Shown here piece by piece: positions 1 to 11,161 of a DNA stretch of 64,000 nucleotides (position 1 is its first letter; each line of letters opens with the position of its first letter). The translations under genes and the position numbers were made by a program. The DNA is from Octopus bimaculoides. Lineage: Eukaryota. The stretch is taken from NCBI RefSeq assembly GCF_001194135.2, contig NC_069002.1, forward strand, positions 28,838,831-28,902,830, written 5' to 3'. The notes beneath the pieces are model-generated. The model saw only the letters and a program-made list of their open reading frames with translations. It did no database searches and was not told the DNA's origin.

Positions 1-90
1 TGGGAAAACCAGGGCCAAAACGTCTTTGACAAACCTGGGTAGAAAAAATCATAACACCAGCAGCAACAGCTGTAGTAGCAGCAGATGTGC

Positions 91-472
91 TGTTGGCACT
101 CCGTCGCTTACGGCGATGAGGGTTCCAGTTGATCCGATCAACGGAACAGCCTGCTCGTGAAATTAACGTGCAAGTGGCTGAGCACTCCACAGACACGTGT
201 ACCCTTAACGTAGTTCTCGGGGATATTCAGCGTGACACAGTGTGACAAGTGCTGGCCCTTTGAATTACAGGCACAACAGAAACAGGAAGTAAGAGTGAGA
301 GAAAGTTGTGGTGGTAGAGTACGGCAGGGTTCGCCACCATCCCCTGTCGGAGCCTCGTGGAGCTTTAGGTGTTTTCGCTCAATAAACACTCACAACGCCC
401 AGTCTGGGAATCGAAACCGCGATCTTATGACCACGAGTCCGCTGCCCTAACTACTGGGCCATTGCGCCTCCA
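91..472 (-). mobile_element. tRNA-derived SINE (family A)
   Basis: Minus strand starts with a tRNA-like head (TGGCCCAGTAGTTAGG A-box, GTTTCGATTCCC B-box). A close, collinear copy lies at 34128-34508. Confidence 0.85.
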
Positions 473-1000
473 ATAGCAGCAATAGCAATTACCTAAACAA
501 TACAGCATTAGAAACAACAGCAGCAGCAACAACAACAAGAACTACAGCAACGACAACAAACATCTACAACAATACGTTTATTCTATATGAGAAAATATTT
601 GTTTATTTTCACTGAAATAATTTTACGCTTATTGCTTCTTAATTTCTCCAAGAGAGAAAATCGGAATCTAGAAACCGAAGAATCACAGCTTGGACCTGGT
701 TAGGGTCGGTTTCAGACATTTTATATATCAAGTGGTAAGGTCATTTTTATAAATCAAGTGCTAAGAAATGTTAATTTTTTCATTATAATTACATACGTGT
801 TAAGGAGAAAGAATACTTAGATTAGTGTATAATTCTATCAAGATGGGTATGGGAGATAACTCTTATATCTTTATTAATTAGAAGAATTAATTTGGGCAAT
901 CGACAGTTCATCATTAATAATATTTATGAGCGTACATACAAACAGGCACGCACTTCATACATACACACATACATACATACATACGTACATATATACGCTG

Positions 1001-1031
<31 letters not shown>

Positions 1032-1334
1032 NNNNNNNNNNNNNNNNNNNNNNNNNNNNNNNNNNNNNNNNNNNNNNNNNNNNNNNNNNNNNNNNNNNNN
1101 NNNNNNNNNNNNNNNNNNNNNNNNNNNNNNNNNNNNNNNNNNNNNNNNNNNNNNNNNNNNNNNNNNNNNNNNNNNNNNNNNNNNNNNNNNNNNNNNNNNN
1201 NNNNNNNNNNNNNNNNNNNNNNNNNNNNNNNNNNNNNNNNNNNNNNNNNNNNNNNNNNNNNNNNNNNNNNNNNNNNNNNNNNNNNNNNNNNNNNNNNNNN
1301 NNNNNNNNNNNNNNNNNNNNNNNNNNNNNNNNNN

Positions 1335-1388
<54 letters not shown>

Positions 1389-1671
1389 GACCATCTGTCG
1401 CTCATTACTCGGCACATGGCCCTTACATATCAGGGAAGAATCGCCTAAAACTTTGAAGAGCTGAATAACCGCAAACCGGGTCTTGGGTAATTAGATACGA
1501 TCCTTCAACTACAAAACTTCTTTCGGTTGCAACGCGTGCGCACGCACATACACACAAATTTATACGCTAAAACGTTTCTTATACGACTCACTTGTGATCG
1601 TTTTTTTCTTCTTTTCCTTTTACTTGAATGATATATGTCAGACTTACCTTGTGACTACATGAACCATTATA

Positions 1672-3175
1672 TCTATATACTATTAGAAATTAACTTCAAT
1701 CTTACTTGCTTGGAATGTTACACAGCCAAACCGGCGCACAATGAGAAAATACTTTGAAAATAAATAACCCCTGAAATGTGAACACGAACGGAATAAAACA
1801 AGTTTCAGATAAATCGAACCACTGGTTCTTGAGATATGGGAGTTTTGGGGGGTATAAATACCCCCAAACAGTGCATAATGGGAAAATACTCCGAAAATCA
1901 TTGAAAGGGAAGAAACCCTAACCTTTCGACTAAATGCATTAAGATGGGCAAATGTCTTAGTGACTTTAACTTGCCAACGGGAAAATACGAGTAGTTTTCA
2001 CAGTAAATGTTTCTATTTTCGCTTTTGTTTAGCACAATATTTTAACTATCTAGAAATATTTTTAAGAGAATGTGATTTCAAAAATGCAAGTTGTTTATAC
2101 AGTAAATATTTATATTTTAGCTTTCTTTAAACAGACATTATTTTTTTTTTTTTTAATCATTTTCAAGTGAATACCATGACAAAAATTTTTTTGGAATATT
2201 TAAAAAATATTCTGAAGCAAAAATGACTTTAAAAATACGGTAAATATTTCGTAAAAGATCCGTTCGTAACTTCGGTGTGAAATAATTTTTTCCATAGGTT
2301 TTTTTAGAGTGCATTCAACGTATCTCACCTCCAAAGATTTGGCTTCTATTTCTAACACACCTTGCTACCACGTAGCAGCTATTTGCGATAAAGGAGCCGA
2401 AATAACTGTTACGTGGTAGCAAGGCGTGAAAGAAATAGCAGCCAAATCTTTCCTTTTCTGTGGAAAGGAGCCGTTTACTCGTGATTTTGATGTCACATTC
2501 GTTGAAAGCATTCGAAATAACCTGGAAAAGAAAAGAAAAACCACGAAGCAAAACTCTGTTGGTGGGAAACTCAGAGTTCCCCACCACCCCTCCCCCTTTC
2601 TCTTCCGGAAGAAATTGGCTTGCGTTGGGTTTGGAGATGAGATGCGTTGTATGCACTCGAAAAAACCTGTGGAAAAAATTATTTCACACCGAAGCAGGAA
2701 CGGGTCTTTTACGAAATATTTACCCAAGATCGGGACAAATATGCGAATAGAAGGATCAGTGAAGCCGATAAAGCAGCGGCTGGGCGTCTGGCGGAATAGA
2801 GGAAAAGAGACAGAAGCAGAAGAGATCAGGAATCGGACACTCGGAGAGCTGAGCGTCTGGCGAAACAAGGAAACAGACAAGAGCAGGAGACGTCATGAAT
2901 CGAATGTTTATGTGAATACAAACGGAATAAAACAAGTTTCGCGTAAATCGGACCACAGGTTACCGAGATACGCAGTTTTTTCGGGTACCTTTATAAATAA
3001 GCGAAACCGGCGTATAATAGGAAAAATGCTTTGAAAGTAAGGTACCATTGAAATGTGAATACACACGGAAGAACTGAAGTTTCACGTAAATCGGACCACG
3101 GATTCCCGAGACACGCGTTTTTTTTTTTCGAGTACCTTGACCTATTGGTGACCCAATGGGTCACGGGTAGTCTAG
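1672..3175 (+). mobile_element. Non-autonomous Helitron
   Basis: A|TCTATATAC 5' end. 3' hairpin GTGACCCA-A-TGGGTCAC (3148-3164), then 7 nt, then CTAG|T (3172-3176). Internal ~125-bp subrepeats at about 1730-1850, 2905-2985 and 3003-3125. Confidence 0.75.
2239..2724. repeat. Nested inverted repeat (fold-back) inside the Helitron
   Basis: Outer arms 2239-2335/2630-2724; inner arms 2335-2384/2400-2449 with a 15-nt loop. Confidence 0.85.
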
Positions 3176-3450
3176 TATTCAATAAAACTATTATACAAAA
3201 ACATTTGCAGTGTGATAGCTTTCTTTTGTATTTTTTTATTCACATATATAAATACACAGAACAAAACTACTTACTCCGTATGTTAAAATAATTAAAATTG
3301 TCTTATTTAAGCAGTATATATACACGTACATACATACACGCATATAAGTTTATACATTCATACATACATACATATATATATAGAGAGAGAGGGGGAGAGG
3401 GGGGAGAGAGGGAGGAGAGAGGCAGAGCTACCTATAATTTATATATTTTT

Positions 3451-3565
3451 AAAAAATAACGTTGACCACTAACGTGGACAATTAATGTGCTAGAAATAGA
3501 TCACATCTTGTGTCTTCTATTTCTAGCACATTAATTGTCCACGTTAGTGGTCAACGTTATTTTTT
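3451..3565. repeat. Perfect 50-bp-arm palindrome with 15-nt loop
   Basis: 3451-3500 is the exact reverse complement of 3516-3565. Confidence 0.95.
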
Positions 3566-4368
3566 TAAAATGTACCTTAATCCCCTGAGATTGCAGATAC
3601 TATTTCTGAATCTCTTTGATTCTTTAGATGTGCTGGCCTCCTGATAATTAATCGATATTAATTAATATATGATTAATTACCAGATTTTATAATAATATAA
3701 TTTATATATATATGTATATATATAATAATTGTGCGTGTGTGTGTGTAATAATAATCCTTGGATGGACTTTATACATATTCTAAATATATATATGTATATG
3801 TCGCTAAGCATTTCGCCCTGTGGCCTAACGATTTTGCCAGTTCACCGACTTCCTAGAAATAATAACCAAATCTCTTTTAAATTACATTCTACCGTCTGGA
3901 ACATGCAAGACATGCATTCAATAACGGTGTCTTGAAGACACTTGAAAAGACAATATAGCCAAATCTTGTACATGTCGGATCAGAGTCGGTTTTGAGCTAA
4001 CGATGAATAACAACTAAGTCATTAAGGCATCACTAAAACCATATAAAAAGGAGGGGAAAAAAACACGTCACCGAGAGATGTGCGAAAAGAAAAGAAATAA
4101 AACAAACAAAAGAATTAATGTCACAAGTCTAAGCAGCAAGCTGCATATGATAGGAGGTATCATTGATTCATCTAGCCCCCATTATGTTACTGGTACTTAT
4201 TTTTATGGCGCCTAAAGGTTTTGAAGTAAGTGTCGCTTCTAGCAAAATATGGAAATCTCGTTCTGATACATCAAATTTGATCACGTTTAACCATCTAAGA
4301 TAACTCTCGTCTCGTACCCCTCCGACACCTTCAGTTCATGTATGTGTGTATACTCATAAATACATACA

Positions 4369-4404
<36 letters not shown>

Positions 4405-4589
4405 CATTTGAATGTGTGTGTGTGCATATATATATATAGATAGTAATATATATATGCATGTGTGTATATATGCATGTGTGTGTTTGCGTCTGTGTGTATC
4501 TGTATTTGTGTGTGTATGTATGTATGCATGTATGTGTGTGTGTATGTCTACGTATGTATAATGGAATCTGAACACTGAATAAAGATTAG

Positions 4590-4770
4590 ATGAAATTTGT
4601 TGAAAATGGGAAAAAGAAAAAAGAAAAAGAAAATATGCAGTAAAGAGAAAAGGGTGAACAGAAGGAGAGAAAAGGATAGAAATACAACGTAAAAATGTGA
4701 AGAAACTGAAGAAGAAGAAAAAGAAGACCACCAGCAACAATAACACGAACGTGAAGTAGAACGAGAAGAA
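4590..4770. repeat. Purine-rich (GAA/AAG) low-complexity tract
   Basis: Direct inspection. Confidence 0.7.
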
Positions 4771-5039
4771 ATATTGCAATATATAAGTGTGTGTGTGTGT
4801 GTGTGTGTGTGCAGGAGTGTGTGTGCAGGAGTGTGTGTGTGTGTGTGTGGAGAGAAAACAAATTGAACGATGTTAAGAAAAGGCATTTATGGACCTGAAA
4901 CTGCATGATTCTTCCGAGTTTACAGAGATTTATTTCATGTTTTATACATGAAAAATAATAAAGAGCAAAAATTTATTCTTAGTATGAAATATCAATGTAA
5001 TCGTGCTACATAAAAGAAACGGCCTTGACACACACATAA

Positions 5040-5103
<64 letters not shown>

Positions 5104-5358
5104 GTATTTATATATATATTTGTAGGGGGGAGCACGCCTACACACATACTTTAGTTGTATATGTACGTGCGTATGTATTTACGTGTGTGTGTGAGAGGGA
5201 GAGAGAGATTGTGTATCTGTTTGTATATATATCATTTTTAATCAGCAAAGTGTTATAAATACGACTCAAATGCCGGGAGTTTCGTACATGGCACATATCA
5301 AACGCCATACACGAAAAGCACGAACCTTCAGTCACATTTGTAACTTTCTGCCGATGTA

Positions 5359-5403
<45 letters not shown>

Positions 5404-5475
5404 CGTATTTACATATACACATACACACATATATATACATATATATATATATAACGTACTTACATATACATACAT

Positions 5476-5509
<34 letters not shown>

Positions 5510-5730
5510 TAACGTATTTACATATTCGTATATACTTATATATATATGTATATCTATATATATATATATATATAACACATTTACATATACGTATATACAT
5601 ATATATATAGAATATACATATATATACGTATATTATATATATATATACACACATGTATATATATGTATACATATATATATGTGTGTATATATATATTTAT
5701 ATTTACATATATGTATATCAATAATTATTT
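5040..5730. repeat. Compound (TA)n/(CA)n microsatellite region
   Basis: Long TA runs with interspersed TACA/CATA; explains the YIYI-type ORFs. Confidence 0.9.
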
Positions 5731-6034
5731 AAGTATTAATTAAGTTCCTAGTAGTAAGCAGATGAAGCACGTTCACTGCCTATGTCTACCTGGCGCCATC
5801 TACAGTAATCACACAATTGTCCCTGGATCTACCTAAGGAACTCCTTAGTCATCGTTGAGGATATAATAAATGATAGAGACAAATAACGAGATACCTCTAA
5901 TGATATCACTTGACGAGACACTTCTGCACCGAGGGATGCACCACAGCCATTTATACAGAAGCCCACCCGCGAGGGATCGATGCAGGACGGGGTCGAAACA
6001 ATCGTTGTGAGCAATAAAATTTCATATATGTACG

Positions 6035-6071
<37 letters not shown>

Positions 6072-6185
6072 TATAAGAAGGGATGATCACTAGGTGGACA
6101 TCCGATATGCTAGGAGATCATCCACGATCTGGATGATCTCTTTCTAGCGTATCGGATGTCCACTTAGTGGTCATCCCTTCTTATA
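6072..6185. repeat. Fold-back element with ~53-bp arms and 5-nt loop
   Basis: Arms 6072-6124 and 6130-6185 differ by 3 transitions and a 3-nt indel; TATA at both ends. Confidence 0.9.
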
Positions 6186-6306
6186 NNNNNNNNNNNNNNN
6201 NNNNNNNNNNNNNNNNNNNNNNNNNNNNNNNNNNNNNNNNNNNNNNNNNNNNNNNNNNNNNNNNNNNNNNNNNNNNNNNNNNNNNNNNNNNNNNNNNNNN
6301 NNNNNN

Positions 6307-6339
<33 letters not shown>

Positions 6340-6859
6340 TATAAATAAATATATACATATATATATAGTTGAATCTCCAATCATTTTGCTCCTTTTATAT
6401 TTCGCGTGCGTGCGTGCGTGCGTGCGTGTGTGTGTGTGAAATAATCCGGGGATGTTTCCGGGTATGGCTTTCTTTCGCAACTGCTTGATAACTTTGTATA
6501 ATTTGCACAAATGAAAAATTATTGTGGCAAGGTGGGCTAAAACGTAATAATTGTGGGGTTTTATTTGTTGTCAAATTTCATTTTTATGACACCAAATTAT
6601 AAAATGAATTATGATTTTCGGAATAAAAATTATGTATTTATTAAATTCATACGTATTTAAACACATCTCTCCATTTGCATATTAACAAAACTCTTATAAC
6701 GCAGTGATCAATCTGGAGAGGAAGCCACTCAATTTAGTGTTGTTGCTGTCTCCAAGAGTAAACAACATCCACAGCGAGGAGATAGTAGTCGTGACAACAC
6801 AAATAGGGGGAGAATAGAGCGTCTGAGAAAGAGCAAAATTGGAAGCGAAGGTCTGTCCG

Positions 6860-7290
6860 AGCTGACCCCCAAGAATCCTACAAGTAACAGGACGCATCCT
6901 AATTTATGAGTTTAGTCGTTGGCTGGATACGAAATCCGACCAATGGTAATCCTGCGAAGTATCCTGGCACCAAAGGAGTCCAAGCGGCTCCTAAGGTCCA
7001 AGTCTCGCAACTGTAGAGCAACACATGTAGGACCAGAGACCTGAAGACTGTTTGGTAACATTCCTCGACATACCTTGTTGAATCCTGCGTAAAGTGTTTC
7101 TTTCTCTGAGGATCTGGCTGGGGTGACGACTTGCGTCGGTCGGGCACATGGTTACGGCGGATGATGAATGTATATCGCAGAAATTGAGACTCACTAAAAC
7201 GCTGCCCACGACCACCCTAGCAAATACCAGCAAATGGTGAATGCAGCGACGTAGTGCAGCGGCACAATAACCTATACCTGACCCTGACTT
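6860..7290 (-). mobile_element. Degenerate RTE-clade LINE RT C-terminal fragment
   Basis: VFRSLVLHVLLYSCETWTL matches the RTE VLLYGCETWTL motif; MRPVTCRI follows; frameshifted. Confidence 0.65.
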
Positions 7291-7509
7291 GACATGAAAG
7301 TCGAGAGGTATAACATGTTTTGGCAAGGCTGTTTTAGCGCCGCCTCTTTGGCGCCGTTGATTCGACGCTGACTTTTTGACATCAGACGTTTTAATGTTTC
7401 AATTGTTTTAATATTTCTCTCATCCTCCCTCTCTACTTCTCTCTCCCCTATTTTCTGTCTATCTCTTATGTGTGTGAGCATTTAATTATATCAGTATGTG
7501 TGCGTAATG

Positions 7510-7548
<39 letters not shown>

Positions 7549-8228
7549 CATTCTCATTACTCATATATTTATATATCTGAATGTGCGTGTGCCCATGTGT
7601 GTGCATGTTTGTGCGTGTATGTGTGCGCGCGCGTATGCGTACGTGTGTTTCCCTCCAGTGCCAGGAGTTCTGTCACCAAAATGAGTTGAATACCATATAA
7701 CGCCAACTAGTCAGCGACCAATCAACACGCCAAATCGTTTCAGTCCAAAGATTGAGTCACTAAAGTATCTGTTGTAATCGTATTGAAGGAAATGTAGTAA
7801 TGACAGATATTGAGAAGAGGCTGAGCGTTGTCATATAAGGTAGCGAAACATTTTTAGTGTGAACAAGCCAGCAATAATGGCTATTATAAGTATTGGCATA
7901 CAATTATGTTAAATATTTAATTGCGATGTAGTTGTAATGTAAGTTTTACATTTCAAAAGACGATATTTAAAATTAAAAATTTATAGATGTTTGGCGTCTA
8001 ACTAGGCATTTGTAATTCTGTTTATGAATGTTGCCAGGTTATATGATAAAATGCTTCTCGAATATCCGCCTTTTTCTTGCGGATATTTCCACCTATACAC
8101 GATATTCGTGTATAGGTTTTACGTGCATGTTGTTTAGCTAGAAACATTGTGCTCTATCCTGATTGTATATTAATAATTTTAATCGTATTATATGTTGTAT
8201 TATACACACACACATTAAGTATGCGACT

Positions 8229-8337
8229 TCGATAATGTTTATTATATACTGCAGCTTCTAATTCAGACTTTAAATTTTCTTTTACTTGTGTAGCTGTCTT
8301 GCACATCAGCAGATAGATTTTACGCTGTCCTTATATA
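8229..8337 (+). promoter_or_regulatory. Candidate type-3 Pol III promoter module A (PSE-like block + TATA)
   Basis: About 70% identical to 8507-8614. Similarity ends at GCTGTCCTTATATA. Promoter function is inferred. Confidence 0.4.
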
Positions 8338-8358
8338 TTGGGTTATCCCATAAATAAT

Positions 8359-8446
8359 GCGATGCTTTCAATCGCATGGACTAAAAGTCGGAAGGAGATG
8401 GGATAAACTACCTGCATCAACTTGCTTTAAAAGCAGGTAGTATTTT
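8359..8446 (+). ncRNA. Candidate 88-nt Pol III small RNA A, partly U6-like
   Basis: G start 21 nt after the TATA; 5' stem-loop GCGAT-GCTTTCA-ATCGC; AT..ACTAAAA..GGAA segment; 9-bp 3' stem; first T4 at 8443-8446. Confidence 0.35.
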
Positions 8447-8506
8447 ACCTTGGAATTATTCGTAGTGCAAGTTTTGAAGAGTGCAGTTCACACTAAATAT
8501 GTGATG

Positions 8507-8614
8507 TCGATAATGCATACGTCTTAGAGCTGCTTCTAACTCAAAACAGAATTTTGTTTTAGTTGTGCGGCGTTGTTACACATCAGTGGATAGGTTTTAG
8601 GCTGTCCTTATATA
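8507..8614 (+). promoter_or_regulatory. Candidate type-3 Pol III promoter module B
   Basis: Diverged duplicate of 8229-8337; TTATATA at 8608-8614, followed by a 22-nt spacer and GGGG. Confidence 0.4.
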
Positions 8615-8636
8615 CTTCAGACCAGCGATGTAATTC

Positions 8637-8750
8637 GGGGACGAACCGATGATACAGTAGCGATTATCTGAAATAACAGCGGAATATCGATATCTGTCGT
8701 TCTCTTTCACTTCCGAGTTGATTTGATCCTTGAAGTATACTGTGTTTTTT
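8637..8750 (+). ncRNA. Candidate 114-nt Pol III small RNA B
   Basis: G start 22 nt after the TATA; GGGGACGA can pair with TCGTTCTC (8697-8704); first T-run of 4 or more is T6 at 8745-8750. Confidence 0.3.
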
Positions 8751-9136
8751 AACACTATACATCTTTAAAGGGATATCCCTTAAACGAAATATCGAAGCTA
8801 CTAGCGCTAACAACACACGTACAGGAAGTATGTGACATCAATAATGTATTATGCAGGTTTTCTTCTTACTGTTCATATTCCCTTCTATGAGCGTGTGTTT
8901 GTGTTTATTATAACACAAGCTGACAGTCAATCGCGTGCTTCACCCCCAGGTTGGGCTGATTACAGTCATGTGAACAGCCTAACCTAGGACAAGACACAGA
9001 ATAGACGATCAATTTTTGAAATAATAAACATATCTATCCACTCTAGCCAATGAATTGAGTTCTGTATCAGATAATGTTTACACTTCACAAAATATAATGT
9101 ATTTTGATATACTTTAGAACTCTTACATTACAACAT

Positions 9137-9190
<54 letters not shown>

Positions 9191-10216
9191 GTATGTATTT
9201 ATGTATGTATGTGTGCGTATATATGAGTGTGCGTGCATGTATGTACCTAAGTATGTATGTATGTAAGTTTGTACTTATATCCAGCATTTTATTTTCTCTC
9301 TATATTTAAGTCTCTACCTTATAGTTTGTGTAAATGCATGCACACTTGTAAACAGATCCATGTGCATCAGTGTGCGTGTGCGTGTATGTATATACTTATG
9401 CATTAATGTATGCATACGCTCATACGCACAAATGTTTATCTATGTTACTTAGCAATAAAATAGGATAGATACATATGTGTCTTCGTGTGTATGCATGATA
9501 TCAATGTATCTACGTAACTAACACACAGAATGTATGCGGTAGTGTATCTGCGACACTATCGCCCTCCCTTTTGTACCTAAGTCTCTCTCTCTCACTCTGC
9601 CTTTTCCTATCTATATATCTATATTTCTGGATGTGCCTGTGTGTGTGTGTGTGTCTCTGTGTATGCGCGCGCAAGTATGTGCGGATCTATGAACAAAACA
9701 AACACAGGAAAAATACAAAAACAGAAATACATCAAAAGAACTCGATGTTATCACAAGTGTAATGTTGCGTAAGTACTACTTCACAAATGTGACTATGATG
9801 TTAATGCTGGTTTACATAGCAATATATATATAGTTTGAGATGTGTTAAACAGCTCACATGATGTGTTCGTGTATGCCAAGCGACAACAGATAAAAGCGTG
9901 TTTCACAAGTCACTGGCTGCTTGGCCAAAGAGATATACCTATAAATTCTTACGCGAACGAATACAGGTTGAAAAATCTACCTCTGATCTCCCGAGAGGTT
10001 GTCGTCTTGATCTCCTCATAATAATGGCGCGTTTTCAGTCATGTCGTTTTTAGCACTTCAGCAATTACTATCGTTATCATGTTTCCGTTATTTGTTTAGG
10101 TGCAGATTTAAATAATGCATAGTCATGTTGGTACTAGTGTACTTAATATAGTGAACATGATAATTTTAATCGAGAAAATACCTGTATGGAGCTAAGGTAA
10201 GTTAAGCAATATTCTT

Positions 10217-10426
10217 TTCTACTCTAGGCACAAGGTTCGAAATTTTTGGAGAGGGGGCCAGTCGATTAGATCGACTCCAGTATGTAACTGATACTTAATT
10301 TATCGACCGTTGAAAGGATGAAAGGCAAAGTCGACCTCGGCGGAATTTGAACTCAGAACGTAAAGACAGATAAAAATACCGCTAAGCATTTCGACCGGCG
10401 TGCTAACGTTTCTGCCAGCTCATCGC
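10217..10426 (-). mobile_element. tRNA-derived SINE (family B, Meta-like central domain)
   Basis: GAGCTGGCAGAAACGTTAGCAC head, GAGTTCAAATTCC B-box and GCCTTTCATCCTTTC domain; many copies in the window. Resemblance to the MetaSINE domain is from memory. Confidence 0.85.
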
Positions 10427-10476
10427 ATTCGTAGGCCAACTGGAATATAATAGAGAGAGAGAGAGAGAGAGAGAGA

Positions 10477-10514
<38 letters not shown>

Positions 10515-10524
10515 NNNNNNNNNN

Positions 10525-10571
<47 letters not shown>

Positions 10572-10829
10572 TGCGTGCGTGCGTGCGTGCGTTTAATAGA
10601 TAGCCGCAATAGTTGGGTGGCTCTCACAAATCTACAAACATTTATGCACACTATTATGGATTTATATGAAATGGATTACTGAATTCGGTTGTGCATTAAA
10701 TTGATATTTATCTCTCACTAAATGGAGTACTTTTTGTTAATCTACCTATATGGGATCTATCTATCTATATCTATCTATATATTTATCTGTCTATCTATCT
10801 ATCTATCTACATATTTATCTATATCTATC

Positions 10830-10864
<35 letters not shown>

Positions 10865-10874
10865 CTATATATTT

Positions 10875-10915
<41 letters not shown>

Positions 10916-11122
10916 NNNNNNNNNNNNNNNNNNNNNNNNNNNNNNNNNNNNNNNNNNNNNNNNNNNNNNNNNNNNNNNNNNNNNNNNNNNNNNNNNNNNN
11001 NNNNNNNNNNNNNNNNNNNNNNNNNNNNNNNNNNNNNNNNNNNNNNNNNNNNNNNNNNNNNNNNNNNNNNNNNNNNNNNNNNNNNNNNNNNNNNNNNNNN
11101 NNNNNNNNNNNNNNNNNNNNNN

Positions 11123-11161
<39 letters not shown>

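Noticed and set aside
1912-1925. AACCCTAACC as a telomerase RNA template
   Set aside because: It lies inside a Helitron, with no pseudoknot or H/ACA context seen.
2426-3034. 202-aa ORF as a captured host gene
   Set aside because: No recognisable domain; it runs through an inverted-repeat arm and Helitron subrepeats.
5712-6024. Possible solo LTR (TG...AATAAA..CA)
   Set aside because: No clear TSD (it lies in a TA microsatellite), no second copy and no PBS/PPT; unsupported.
9960-10030. Possible short minus-strand exon ending AG|GTAGAT
   Set aside because: No good polypyrimidine acceptor and no recognisable peptide; RNA-seq would be needed.
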